This document shows positions 38,874-48,956 of a stretch of 64,000 nucleotides of DNA, one piece after another. Below the pieces are notes generated by a model. That model was not told the DNA's origin. It was given only the letters and a program-made list of their open reading frames with translations, and did not search any database. Source of the DNA: Thermoproteota archaeon. GTDB lineage: Archaea > Korarchaeota > Korarchaeia > Korarchaeales > JAOZGB01. A program made the position numbers and the translations under genes. Position 1 is the stretch's first letter; each line of letters starts with the position of its first letter. Where the stretch lies: the NCBI GenBank assembly GCA_037917685.1, contig JAVCBU010000006.1, positions 352,001 through 416,000 on the forward strand, read 5' to 3'.

Positions 38874-39020
38874 TTACACCGCCTTCACATATTTCACTAT
38901 TTCAGGTCTTACTTTAACGGCACACTTGTACCCGCAGTTCGGGCATACAATTATCCTACTATACTCCGAGATTTCCTCGGGATCGTATTCGTATCCGCAT
39001 TTGAGGCATTTATAAATCAT
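38874..39020 (-). CDS. rpoP: DNA-directed RNA polymerase subunit P (Rpo12)
   Basis: 48 aa, below the track cutoff: MIYKCLKCGYEYDPEEISEYSRIIVCPNCGYKCAVKVRPEIVKYVKAV; GGTGA RBS; stop codon abuts the sec11 start. Confidence 0.88.
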   Translation of the reverse strand: MIYKCLKCGYEYDPEEISEYSRIIVCPNCGYKCAVKVRPEIVKYVKAV

Positions 39021-39049
39021 ATCACCCACCAGTAGTACATAAATAGGGA

Positions 39050-40270
39050 TCAGCCACTTAATAAATCCTCTGATATTATTCTTCCCGGTGGGATTGTCGT
39101 CCCTGCTGATATCCTTATTCCGGGGTATATGGCGACGTTTCCGGTTATCAGCGCTTTGTCTCCTATAAAAGCACCAAGCTTTGCAAGGCCGCTGTCGACC
39201 ATTCTTCCTTTAACCTTCATTTTCACGGTTGAACCGTCCATGTTCCTGTTAATGGTCATAGTTCCTGGCCCGATATCAGCGGATTCCCCTATCACAGTGT
39301 CTCCTATATAGCTTAGCCTACCTATTTTAACATGACTGTAGACCACGGAGTTTTTAACCTCAACACCGAACCCTATGATAGTGTTTTTTCCAATATAAGT
39401 GTTATCTCTGATGAGTGTATTGTTTCCTATATAGGCTCCAGAGTCTATGAAGCAAGGTCCTTTAATTACTGAGCCTGATCTGACGTGAACCCCTGCGGCT
39501 ATCTTTACAGGGCCCTCTATCCTAGTATTTTCCTCTATTACAGCATCTACAGATATTATCTTCTCTTTGATCTTTGACAGGAGTAGCCTATTAGCCTTTA
39601 GAATACTCCAGGGCTTGTCTAGGTGAACCCATTCTTTCTCCCATATTGCGGCTTGAACATGAAGCTCTCTGGTAGCCTTATTTAAACACTCCTCAAGGGT
39701 TGAGCCTTCCTTAAGCCCTGATATGATCGAACTATGTAATATATATAGTCCAGCTATCACGTAGTTTCCCATCTCCTCTTCTCCCCTTGGCTTTTCGCGT
39801 ATCTCAACCACCCGGCCAGAGGAGTCTAGAACTGTTAGACCCAGTTCTCTTACCTCACCGCTTAGTGTTACCATTATTGTAGCGTCAGCTGCAGTATTTT
39901 CATGGGTGTTTAAAAGTCTAGACACATGCCCAGGCTCCACTAAAACGTCTCCGTAAACCACTACGATTTCATCCTCTCCACCGAGACAGTCGTAAGCCCT
40001 TAGTATGGCGTCTTCCACCCCTATCGGCCTCTCCTGCCTAGCATATTCAAGTGTAACACCTAGGGATCTCCCAATCCCGAAATATCTTTCTATCTGCTCT
40101 CCCTTAGATCCTGTTACGATACATATATCTTTAATCCCGTTATCCCTTAGGGACTCGATGGCATATTGTAGCACGGGCTTACCTAAAACCTCTATCATAG
40201 ATGTTGGCCTCGTATCTGTCAGAGGTCTAAGGCCTTCACCCCTTCCGCCTGTAAGTATACATGCCTTCAA
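39050..40270 (-). CDS. glmU: Bifunctional sugar-1-phosphate nucleotidylyltransferase/acetyltransferase (GlmU-like)
   Basis: GGRGEGLRPLT, EKP, hexapeptide left-handed beta-helix; adjacent to glmS. Confidence 0.85.
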   Translation of the reverse strand: MKACILTGGRGEGLRPLTDTRPTSMIEVLGKPVLQYAIESLRDNGIKDICIVTGSKGEQIERYFGIGRSLGVTLEYARQERPIGVEDAILRAYDCLGGEDEIVVVYGDVLVEPGHVSRLLNTHENTAADATIMVTLSGEVRELGLTVLDSSGRVVEIREKPRGEEEMGNYVIAGLYILHSSIISGLKEGSTLEECLNKATRELHVQAAIWEKEWVHLDKPWSILKANRLLLSKIKEKIISVDAVIEENTRIEGPVKIAAGVHVRSGSVIKGPCFIDSGAYIGNNTLIRDNTYIGKNTIIGFGVEVKNSVVYSHVKIGRLSYIGDTVIGESADIGPGTMTINRNMDGSTVKMKVKGRMVDSGLAKLGAFIGDKALITGNVAIYPGIRISAGTTIPPGRIISEDLLSG

Positions 40271-40271
40271 C

Positions 40272-42080
40272 CTACTCCACCGTCACACTTTTTGCAAGGT
40301 TTCTAGGCTTGTCGGGATCGTAACCTCTTCTAACAGCAGTATAGTACGCTAAAAACTGTAAAGGTATCACGTAGGGAATGGGGGATAAGATGTTTGAATA
40401 TCCCTTAGGCATGGGTATAGACCTATCTGAGAGCTTTTTAACTTCGCTGTCGCCATCTTCGTGAACCGCTATTACCCTTGCACCCCTAGCCCTCATTTCC
40501 ATAATATTACCTACGATTTTCTCGCGGCTTTCATCATTTGGAGCTATGAAAATTACTGGAAAACCATTTTCAACCAGCGAAATGGGGCCGTGTTTAGATT
40601 CGCCAGCGGGGTATCCTTCAGCGTGTATGTACGATATCTCCTTCAGCTTGAGAGCCCCCTCTAGGGCGGTGGCAAGACTTATGCCTCTTCCTAGGAAGTA
40701 GCAGCTGTTTACCTTGTGGATGACTTCCGCCTCCCCTTTGGCTATTGGCTCAACTCTCTTCGTAATATAGCCTAGTACGTCCGGGAGTTTCTTAAGCTTC
40801 TCAAGTAGGTCCTTACTTTCATAGCCGTTTTTTACAGCTAGTGAGTGTGCTATGCAGGCCAGCACTGTAAGCTGCCCGGTGAATGTTTTGGTAGCTGCCA
40901 CACCTATCTCCGGGCCGGCCCTGATATATATCACGTGGTCTGACTCCCTAGCAATAGTACTTCCTACGATATTTACAATCGCCAGCGTCTTTGAACCATA
41001 TTCCCTTGCAAACCTCAAACTTTTGATAGTGTCCATCGTTTCACCGCTCTGGGAGATAAATATTGTCAGTGTATCTTCGTCCAGTATTGGGTTGGAATAC
41101 TGGAACTCCGAAGCTATATATGTAAATACTGGCTTCTTAGAGTACCTTGTGATCATGTACTGACCTGCCAGTCCAGCATGGTAGGAGGTGCCAGCTGCGA
41201 CGATATAGATTATTTTGGAATCCATGATAAGTTTTGCAGCTTTACCCGCTTCCTTGATTGATGTCAGCGCGTTCTTAACAACCATGGGTTGCTCATGTAT
41301 TTCCTTAAGCATAAAGTGTGGGAACCCTCCCTTTTGGGCCATCTCAGCCTTCCATGAAACTGTAATAGGTTTCTTATCAACATGCTCGCCTGAAAGCGAG
41401 TTTATAACTTCTACTCCGTCAGGCTTCAATATTGCAAGCTCGTAGTCCCTTAGGATTATCACCTTATTAGTGTGCTCTAGAAACGCTGGAATATCGGAGG
41501 CGCAGAAAAGACCTCTTTCAGCTATGCCAATTACAAGCGGGCTGTCCTTCCTAACAGCGTATACCTTTAGCGGATCCTCAGTGTACAATGCTGCTATTGC
41601 GAAGGTTCCCTTTAACCTTCTAATGGCCTTCATAAGAGCGTTCTTAAAATCTAAGCCTTCCTTCAGGTTCTCCTCAATAAGGTGGGGGATAACCTCCGTA
41701 TCAGTTTCAGAGACGAATTTATGCCCTAAACTTGAAAGTTCGGCTTTTAACTCCATAAAGTTCTCTATTATCCCATTATGGACTATAGCTATTCTCCCTG
41801 TGCAGTCTATGTGAGGATGTGCATTTTCAGCAGAAGGAATTCCATGAGTCGCCCACCTAGTATGTCCGATCCCCACCCGGCCGGGCGCTCCCCTCAAGTT
41901 TAAATGCCGGTCGATATCGTCAAGCTTACCCTTATTCTTCCTCACTATTATTGAGCCGTTATGGATCGTTGCAATTCCAGCGGAGTCATAGCCACGGTAT
42001 TCCAAGGATTTAAGAGCCCTATAGATTATACTTGAAACATTTTCGCCTTTAAGTAGTAGGCATCCAACAATCCCGCACAA
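40272..42080 (-). CDS. glmS: Glutamine--fructose-6-phosphate aminotransferase
   Basis: TTG at 42080 gives M-CGIVG (N-terminal nucleophile Cys); EYRGYDS, GHTRWATHG, SQSGET, PRNLAKSVTVE. Confidence 0.97.
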   Translation of the reverse strand: MCGIVGCLLLKGENVSSIIYRALKSLEYRGYDSAGIATIHNGSIIVRKNKGKLDDIDRHLNLRGAPGRVGIGHTRWATHGIPSAENAHPHIDCTGRIAIVHNGIIENFMELKAELSSLGHKFVSETDTEVIPHLIEENLKEGLDFKNALMKAIRRLKGTFAIAALYTEDPLKVYAVRKDSPLVIGIAERGLFCASDIPAFLEHTNKVIILRDYELAILKPDGVEVINSLSGEHVDKKPITVSWKAEMAQKGGFPHFMLKEIHEQPMVVKNALTSIKEAGKAAKLIMDSKIIYIVAAGTSYHAGLAGQYMITRYSKKPVFTYIASEFQYSNPILDEDTLTIFISQSGETMDTIKSLRFAREYGSKTLAIVNIVGSTIARESDHVIYIRAGPEIGVAATKTFTGQLTVLACIAHSLAVKNGYESKDLLEKLKKLPDVLGYITKRVEPIAKGEAEVIHKVNSCYFLGRGISLATALEGALKLKEISYIHAEGYPAGESKHGPISLVENGFPVIFIAPNDESREKIVGNIMEMRARGARVIAVHEDGDSEVKKLSDRSIPMPKGYSNILSPIPYVIPLQFLAYYTAVRRGYDPDKPRNLAKSVTVE

Positions 42081-42246
42081 AGCCCTCAACATTTACAACG
42101 CATATCCCCGTTTTAAGGGTTTCCGATGAAATCGTAGAAAGAGTCTTAAACGATTGTTTAACAAAAACCTTTCGAATTACCACTTTTAACAGTTAGACAG
42201 TATGCACGGTGGTTTCAGTTTAAAAAATATCGGATTATGTTATGAC

Positions 42247-43596
42247 ATGGTTAAGTTGAGCGGAACAGATAAAATAAGCATCAAAGAGAGAAAGGAAACA
42301 TTCAAAGAAGTATACTTGGGATTCGAAGTTGAACAGGCGGAAGCTGAATCTAAAAGGTGTCTCCAATGCCCTAAACCGTCATGTATAGCAGGCTGCCCAG
42401 CCTATGTAGACGTTAAAGGCTTCATAGAAAAGCTGAGGGAAGGAGACCTTCAAGCATCGATAAATGCGATTATGAAAACGAATCTCTTCCCAGGCGTAAC
42501 TGCAAGAGTCTGCCAGGTAGAGAAACAATGCGAAAATTCATGCGTTCTCGCAAAAACATGTAACCCAATCAGGATAGGAGCCCTCCAAAGGTACGTGGCC
42601 GATCAAACACTGCTAAAAGGTACGGTAAAACCGGAGTCTAAGCCTCCCAACGGCTACAAGGTGGCTGTGATAGGCGCAGGCCCAGCAGGTCTTAACGCTG
42701 CTGGAATACTTGCAAGAGAGGGCTTCCATGTCGATGTCTTCGACGATATGCCCTTGCCAGGTGGAGCTCTCGTATACCATATCCCACGTTTTAGACTGCC
42801 TATCGACGTTGTAAACTCGGAAATATCATATATAAAGGGCCTAGGCGTAGAACTCCACCAGGAGATTAGGATACCTCCGGAAACAGCTGCTAAACTTTTA
42901 GATTCATATGACAGGCTTATAATTGCAACAGGGGCATGGAAGCCAACCATACCGAACGTTCCTGGGGTTGAGCTAGACGGGATATACGCTGCCCTGCACT
43001 TTCTTATAGCTGTAAACACGGATAGCGTTGGAGAAAAATGCCCACAAATAGAGAAAGGAGCTAAAGTGTTAGTAATAGGCGGTGGTGAGGTGGCAATAGA
43101 CTCCGCTAGGACGGCTCTGCGACTAGGATGCGAGCCCACAATAGTCTATAGGAGGTCTGTTGCTGAAATGCCCTGTCTTAAAAGAGACAGATTAGACGCT
43201 GAGGAGGAGGGTGTAAAGATAATATACCTAGCCTCACCATTATCATTCCATGGTAAGGGCAAGGTTGAAAAGGCGGTTTTCCAGCGGATGAAGCTTGGAG
43301 AGCCGGACGAGTCCGGTAGGAGGAGGCCAATACCGATTCCAGGGGAGACTATTGAGTTAGATGCGGACGCTATTCTTCTAGCAATAGGGCAGAAAGCAGA
43401 TGCGGAGTTCCTTGCGAAAATGGGTTTAGAGACTACAAGCTGGGGGACTGCTGTAGTTAACCCGGACACAATGCAGACGTCTAATCCAAAAATATACGCG
43501 GCTGGAGATGTGGTAAACGGGCCGTCAACCGTCGCCAAGGCTGTCGGAGATGGCTATGTAGCCGCGCAGCATATTATAAAAACCCTTTTAAGATAG
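42247..43596 (+). CDS. GltD/SudA/NfnB-like FAD- and Fe-S-dependent NAD(P) oxidoreductase
   Basis: RCLQC...C...CP, RVC...QCE..C, GAGPAG, IGGGEVAID, YRR, AAGD. Confidence 0.9.
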   Translation: MVKLSGTDKISIKERKETFKEVYLGFEVEQAEAESKRCLQCPKPSCIAGCPAYVDVKGFIEKLREGDLQASINAIMKTNLFPGVTARVCQVEKQCENSCVLAKTCNPIRIGALQRYVADQTLLKGTVKPESKPPNGYKVAVIGAGPAGLNAAGILAREGFHVDVFDDMPLPGGALVYHIPRFRLPIDVVNSEISYIKGLGVELHQEIRIPPETAAKLLDSYDRLIIATGAWKPTIPNVPGVELDGIYAALHFLIAVNTDSVGEKCPQIEKGAKVLVIGGGEVAIDSARTALRLGCEPTIVYRRSVAEMPCLKRDRLDAEEEGVKIIYLASPLSFHGKGKVEKAVFQRMKLGEPDESGRRRPIPIPGETIELDADAILLAIGQKADAEFLAKMGLETTSWGTAVVNPDTMQTSNPKIYAAGDVVNGPSTVAKAVGDGYVAAQHIIKTLLR

Positions 43597-43617
43597 CGTC
43601 AGGTATAGGCAAACAAT

Positions 43618-44769
43618 ATGCCTGAATGGGATGTAATCATAGTGGGTGCAGGCACCGCAGGCCTCTCAGCAGCTAGATGGTGCGCCAGCGAAGGCTTGAA
43701 AACGCTGATTTTCGAAGCAAAGGGGGAGATTAAAGCTTGGAAGCCATGCGGGGAGGGCATCAGCAGGGAGACACTGAAGACAGCTGATATAGACCCGTCG
43801 CCGGACTTCATAGCCAACGAGCTTGGAATGAAGGTATACGCGCCAAATGGTAGCTATGTCGACCTTGGACAGACTGGCTACGCGATAAACAAGGACATGT
43901 TCCTCCATAGGCTGGCTGTTGCTGCGGCAGAGCAGGGGGCAGAATTCAAAATGTTTGAACCCGTCAAGACTGTCATAAGAGAAGATGGGAAAATGATTGT
44001 TAAAACTACAAGGGGAACATACGACGCCCTGCTGGTTATAGGAGCCGATGGGATAGGCCCCAACTCAACAGTAGCAAGATCTCTGGGAATGAACAACAAG
44101 GTTGAAATAATCCCATGTGTGCAATATAAAATGGCCTGTTGCAACATAGAGGATGAAAATGGCAGAATCTACCTTGGTAGATTGGTTGCTCCACTAGGCT
44201 ACGCTTGGATATTTCCTAAGGGTGGCGGGGTGGCTAACGTAGGCCTCGGCGTAAGGGGAGAGCCTGCTATGCCCTACCTGCAAAGATTTGTCAATTCTCA
44301 CAGGGAAATCTTCAGAAACGCTAAGATAATAGGATTCGGCTCAGCCCCGGTGCCGATAGGTGGGCTAGCTAAGGAAATAACTGGAGATGGGGTTATCCTA
44401 ATAGGAGATGCGGCAGGAACAGTGATACCGTTTACAGGTGCAGGGATACACTCATCGATAGCAGCGGGCAAAATAGCATCTAAAATAGTTGCAGAGGCTG
44501 TCTCCCAGGAGGATAGCTCAAAGGCCATACTACAAAAGTTTGAGGAAGAATACGATAAGTACTGGGGGAAGAGAATAAGAAGCAGTCTAAAGGCAATGCG
44601 GGTGTTTGAGAAGCTTAGCGACGAAGATCTCAACATGCTGGCGGACATACTGACAGCTGAAGATATAGTAAACCTTGCAAATGGAGTGAACATACTTAAA
44701 ACAGCTACCAAACTGTTAAAACACCCGGTTTTAGCCGCTAAACTGGCTAGACCCCTACTTGGGAAATGA
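43618..44769 (+). CDS. Geranylgeranyl reductase family flavoprotein
   Basis: GAGTAG, KPCGEG, GADG, PLGYAWIFP, GDAAG. Confidence 0.9.
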   Translation: MPEWDVIIVGAGTAGLSAARWCASEGLKTLIFEAKGEIKAWKPCGEGISRETLKTADIDPSPDFIANELGMKVYAPNGSYVDLGQTGYAINKDMFLHRLAVAAAEQGAEFKMFEPVKTVIREDGKMIVKTTRGTYDALLVIGADGIGPNSTVARSLGMNNKVEIIPCVQYKMACCNIEDENGRIYLGRLVAPLGYAWIFPKGGGVANVGLGVRGEPAMPYLQRFVNSHREIFRNAKIIGFGSAPVPIGGLAKEITGDGVILIGDAAGTVIPFTGAGIHSSIAAGKIASKIVAEAVSQEDSSKAILQKFEEEYDKYWGKRIRSSLKAMRVFEKLSDEDLNMLADILTAEDIVNLANGVNILKTATKLLKHPVLAAKLARPLLGK

Positions 44770-45497
44770 AGCTTAAAATAGGATGCTGCGGGTTCATAAA
44801 GTCTAGAAAGAAGTACTATGAAGACTTCAATCTCGTAGAAATACAAAGAACATTCTACAAGCTTCCAATGGTCAAGACAGCCGCTAAATGGAGAGCTGAA
44901 GCCCCGGAAAACTTCGAGTTCACAATGAAGGCATGGCAACTAATTACCCACCCATATACAAGCCCTACATGGAGGAAAGCCGGGGTAAAAGTTGAAGACA
45001 AATTGAAAGACAGGTATGGCCATCTCCAACCGACAGAGGAAAACCTTGAAGCCTGGGCGAAGACCGTAGAAATAGCCGATTCACTTCAAGCCAGGATAAT
45101 AGTCATCCAATGCCCACCATCCTTCAAGGCTACAGAAGAGAATATAAACAATGCCCAAATATTCTTGAAAGAGGCATCCATGTCAAGATACACTATAGGT
45201 CTAGAGCTAAGACACAAGTCATGGACCCCCGACAAGACACGTAAACTCATAGAACTACCAGGCGTGATCCACGTGACAGACCTACTTAAAGAGAAACCTG
45301 TAATTGTTAAGGATACCGTTTACACCAGGCTACACGGACTAAACGGTATAAACTACCGTTACAAGTACACGGATCGAGACCTTAAGAAACTGCTGGAAAT
45401 TATAAACACACTTAAAGGCTCCAATGAAGCCTACATACTGTTTAACAATGGCTACAACGCTTATGAAGATGCAAAAAGACTTATAAAAATGTTATAA
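44766..45497 (+). CDS. DUF72 family protein
   Basis: IGCCGF, VEIQRTFY, KAWQLITH, QCPPSF, RLHG, FNN. Confidence 0.9.
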   Translation: MKLKIGCCGFIKSRKKYYEDFNLVEIQRTFYKLPMVKTAAKWRAEAPENFEFTMKAWQLITHPYTSPTWRKAGVKVEDKLKDRYGHLQPTEENLEAWAKTVEIADSLQARIIVIQCPPSFKATEENINNAQIFLKEASMSRYTIGLELRHKSWTPDKTRKLIELPGVIHVTDLLKEKPVIVKDTVYTRLHGLNGINYRYKYTDRDLKKLLEIINTLKGSNEAYILFNNGYNAYEDAKRLIKML

Positions 45498-46016
45498 GAG
45501 AATCCTACTAACCTCCAACGTCTCACTATCCAGCAGAGCAACAGTACTATTCCCGCTAAGATATCCACATGCTTCACCAGGGTTCAAAATAATATATTCA
45601 CCCCTCTTCTCAAACCTGAACCTATGCGTGTGCCCGTAAATCACGTTTAAATTCATCGTTCTAGTCAGTGCATCAGCAAGCTTCTCTGTGAAGTCAATAG
45701 AGCTAAAACCATGAAACATAATGAAACCTCTTCCATCAATTTCAAACCTATAAAAGCCCTCATGAACCTCAAACCCGAGTTCAGATGCGATTTTCGCAAG
45801 TAAAGGCTTATCACCGTCGTTGTTGCCATATACGCCTACAAGCTTACATTTCAAACCTGAGAAGACCCTCAACGAGAAAGGAGCAATGAAATCCCCGCAG
45901 TGGACGACAAGGCCGACTCTCTCCATATTAAAATACTCAACAGCCTTCCTCACAGCCGAAATTGAGTCATGAGTATCTGAAACCACACCTACAAGCATAA
46001 CACTCCTAAACGCCAT
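45492..46016 (-). CDS. YfcE/MJ0936-family metallophosphoesterase
   Basis: SDTHD, HCGD, GNND, FHG, GHTH, NPGE. Confidence 0.92.
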   Translation of the reverse strand: MAFRSVMLVGVVSDTHDSISAVRKAVEYFNMERVGLVVHCGDFIAPFSLRVFSGLKCKLVGVYGNNDGDKPLLAKIASELGFEVHEGFYRFEIDGRGFIMFHGFSSIDFTEKLADALTRTMNLNVIYGHTHRFRFEKRGEYIILNPGEACGYLSGNSTVALLDSETLEVSRILL

Positions 46017-46086
46017 ATAATTTTAAAACTTAAAGCACAAGAATAACCACCTTTAAAAGCATTATCCAACATAATGTACTATTTGG

Positions 46087-47736
46087 ATGATGATGAAAGG
46101 GAAAATACCCATATACATAATATTGCTGCTTATGCTGGCACCTTCGATTCCAAGCATCACCGCATATACTAAAGATACTTACGAGATAACACTGACGTTC
46201 ACAAGCTCATTCCCCAAGTCAACATTCAGGGAAGGGTTGAAGCTATGCCTCTGGATGCCGCCTACAAGGATTTATAAGTTCGGCTTTACAAAAAACCAGC
46301 CGTACCAGACAGCCGAGGTAATTTCGATAATCGATGCCAACTCAGGAAATAACGTTAACCCAGACCAGGTGCTACAAACACCCGAAGGTAACACACTGCT
46401 AGTCTTTGAAACCAGCAAGCTTCAAGCAGAAGACACCGGAGGAACCTATAACTACCGGCTGATCCTAACCCTGAAAATAACGCTAACATACTTTAAAGAA
46501 ACAATATCCCAGTCGAACTCTGGAACCATAAATGACATCCCTAAGGAGCTGAAACTAAAATACTGCATCCCAGAGAAATACTGGGAAACACAAAACCAGG
46601 AGTTAATAGATCTAGCAAACAGTCTGACAGATTCAAACAATGTATACGTAATTGTTAAATCTATCTATGACTACGTAACCGGGTTAACATACGACCTCTC
46701 TGTTCTAAGAACTGGGAGGAGCGCATACAAATGCTACCAAACCGGGAGAGGCGTATGCCAGGACTTCTCAGACCTAATGGTTACCCTGTGCAGGATAAGA
46801 GGGGTGCCCGCCAGGCTTGTGGTGGGAGCAGCCTATATATCTGGAATGAGGAACTTGGAAGAAGGGTTGCATGCATGGGTTGAAGCCTACATACCGCCCT
46901 GGGGATGGATAGTTATGGACCCCACAAACTGGTTCATGGAAAGAGGTGGATACTTCGGACTGCTAAGCGAGAGGCTGCCATTAATCTCATGGATAGTTGT
47001 CGAACACGGGCTAATAGGATATGACCCTGATGATATGAGAGGGAGATCCCCGATGTTCGGGTTTTTCGCTCCAAGATTCGACCAGGGATCAGTAAGTGTT
47101 GATGGTGCGATACAGCCCGCCTCAGGAGAAGCCGTAAACAATCTCAACCCTAAAACCGGGACGAGTAGCATTGTAGCCTTCCTAACACTATATCTCCACC
47201 ATAGGGATATAGAAGCAGTATACGGGAACGAGGTAGATAGAAGCATGTGCTATAAGTATTACAAGTTCATAACCGACAGATCTGTCGACTATAACAGCCA
47301 GAGACGATTCCAAGAGGCAATAATACTGGGCGGAGAAATAGCCAACCCAGAGATGAAGCCTCTTAATGACGATATGAGGATGAAGAGAGTCTACGAATTC
47401 TCCTACACCTATACTCCAATAACAACTTTGTGGTACTATGTTTACAGCAAAAGATCGAATCTAACTGTGACAGGAGAAGACTATGGAGTAAGAGATTACG
47501 GAGTAATATTCACAACTCGGAAGTTCGAGACAGTTGGTGGTGTAAGCCTGTACCGGGACGTGCTAGCGGTTCAGGGGCTCACCATGTATGGCACATGGGC
47601 GTGCTGGGTCTTCCTCCAGGAATACGTCTATACCGAGATAAGCGAGGCATCCGATTTCATAGTGATCTCATGGGAGGACTCTAATGGCAACGGAGTGGTA
47701 GAATACGAGGAGATCGATGTAGTGGCAACGGGATGA
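46087..47736 (+). CDS. Secreted transglutaminase-like protein with S-layer-like C-terminal domain
   Basis: Signal peptide; triad GVCQD / HAW / MDPT; C-terminal IILGG..ANP and WEDSNGNG. Confidence 0.85.
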   Translation: MMMKGKIPIYIILLLMLAPSIPSITAYTKDTYEITLTFTSSFPKSTFREGLKLCLWMPPTRIYKFGFTKNQPYQTAEVISIIDANSGNNVNPDQVLQTPEGNTLLVFETSKLQAEDTGGTYNYRLILTLKITLTYFKETISQSNSGTINDIPKELKLKYCIPEKYWETQNQELIDLANSLTDSNNVYVIVKSIYDYVTGLTYDLSVLRTGRSAYKCYQTGRGVCQDFSDLMVTLCRIRGVPARLVVGAAYISGMRNLEEGLHAWVEAYIPPWGWIVMDPTNWFMERGGYFGLLSERLPLISWIVVEHGLIGYDPDDMRGRSPMFGFFAPRFDQGSVSVDGAIQPASGEAVNNLNPKTGTSSIVAFLTLYLHHRDIEAVYGNEVDRSMCYKYYKFITDRSVDYNSQRRFQEAIILGGEIANPEMKPLNDDMRMKRVYEFSYTYTPITTLWYYVYSKRSNLTVTGEDYGVRDYGVIFTTRKFETVGGVSLYRDVLAVQGLTMYGTWACWVFLQEYVYTEISEASDFIVISWEDSNGNGVVEYEEIDVVATG

Positions 47737-47738
47737 TG

Positions 47739-48176
47739 CTACTTCACCTCTATTTTCACTCCTTTTATTGCTCTTGGAAGCCTAACCTCTAATACTCCAT
47801 TCCTGAATCTCGCCCTGGCATTTTCAGGCTCCACCTGTACCGGAAGCCTCACCCTTGTATGAAACTCTCTGAACGACTTCTCCTCGCTACTCAAGCCCCA
47901 CCTACGTAGTCTAAACTCTCTCGACGATTTCGCTCTAACCTCAAGGGTATCCTTTGTCGCTGTGAGACTGATGTTCTCCTTCTCAACCCCAGGAAGGTCT
48001 ATTGTGACTATCACCTCGGAGTCTGTGACTGTGAGGTCGCACAAGGGCTCTAAACATCCAGTTGATAACTCCTTCTCTGCAACGCGGCGTATGGACTCCT
48101 CTATCTCTTGGAATTCCCTCTGAACACGCCTTAAAACCTTTAGAAACTCGTCTTCAATCCAACTCATACTTCTCAC
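47739..48176 (-). CDS. Small heat-shock protein (Hsp20)
   Basis: EPL.D, DLPGV, A.FRNGVLEV.LP, C-terminal I-X-V. Confidence 0.93.
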   Translation of the reverse strand: MRSMSWIEDEFLKVLRRVQREFQEIEESIRRVAEKELSTGCLEPLCDLTVTDSEVIVTIDLPGVEKENISLTATKDTLEVRAKSSREFRLRRWGLSSEEKSFREFHTRVRLPVQVEPENARARFRNGVLEVRLPRAIKGVKIEVK

Positions 48177-48913
48177 CCAATATAAGCTGGTAAACCTGTC
48201 TCCTTAACAGGCGTCATGGCGGCAGTTGATCTCATAAGCTCCTTAAGCTTAACCTTTATCTCGTCAGCCTCACGGAACAGCTGTTCGGTGTCTATCTCAA
48301 AGCCGAAGAGGCTTTCAAAGGCTTCAAGTATGGCGCCCGCAGCCCCAGGATCCGGATAATTTCCGAAGGACTGTGCAAGCAGGCTTACAGCTGGAATACC
48401 ATAGTCAAGCGAATCCCTTAGAATTAGAGCCTTAATGCCAGTAATGAATCCCTCCCTCATAACTTTTATCTTACTCTTCTCGAGAACCTCCCTGTACTCC
48501 CTTGAATTGCTGACCCCGAAAATGCTGAGCTGTTCAGCCTCTATCCTTTTAGGATCAGCAAAGCCGTCGAAGGATACTATGACCTTAACCCTTTTTTCAG
48601 AGAACCATTTCAACAATGATTTAATAAGCGGCTCAAAGGTGACAGCAGGTAGAGGTATCTCGGAGATAACGGCGATCAAATCCTCTTTTGCATAGATTCT
48701 TACGGGCTTGTAAACCTCACCCCTATGTAACGCCACAAACGGCGGAAACATCGGTGACTCTATGGATGCTATATGCTTAAGTCCAAGTTTAGTAATCATG
48801 TAGCTTGCAGCTATTGCCCCGACGAGCCCCGCACCCGGGAAGCCTTCCACAGCTATTGGCTCCTTAAACTCTATCATCTCCAGGTCTCTTATCCTAACAG
48901 AATCTGAATCCAT
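48173..48913 (-). CDS. PAC2-family proteasome assembly chaperone
   Basis: EGFPGAGLVGAIA, P.RIY, YPDPGAA; start placed at ATG 48913 (track start 48979). Confidence 0.88.
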   Translation of the reverse strand: MDSDSVRIRDLEMIEFKEPIAVEGFPGAGLVGAIAASYMITKLGLKHIASIESPMFPPFVALHRGEVYKPVRIYAKEDLIAVISEIPLPAVTFEPLIKSLLKWFSEKRVKVIVSFDGFADPKRIEAEQLSIFGVSNSREYREVLEKSKIKVMREGFITGIKALILRDSLDYGIPAVSLLAQSFGNYPDPGAAGAILEAFESLFGFEIDTEQLFREADEIKVKLKELMRSTAAMTPVKETGLPAYIG

Positions 48914-48956
48914 CACATAATATTCAATGGTAACATCAATATAAACACTTTCAACC

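Noticed and set aside
46085-46140. ATGATGA here (and near 19000 and 28908) as further C boxes
   Set aside because: These coincide with tandem Met start codons and have no correctly spaced CTGA D box.
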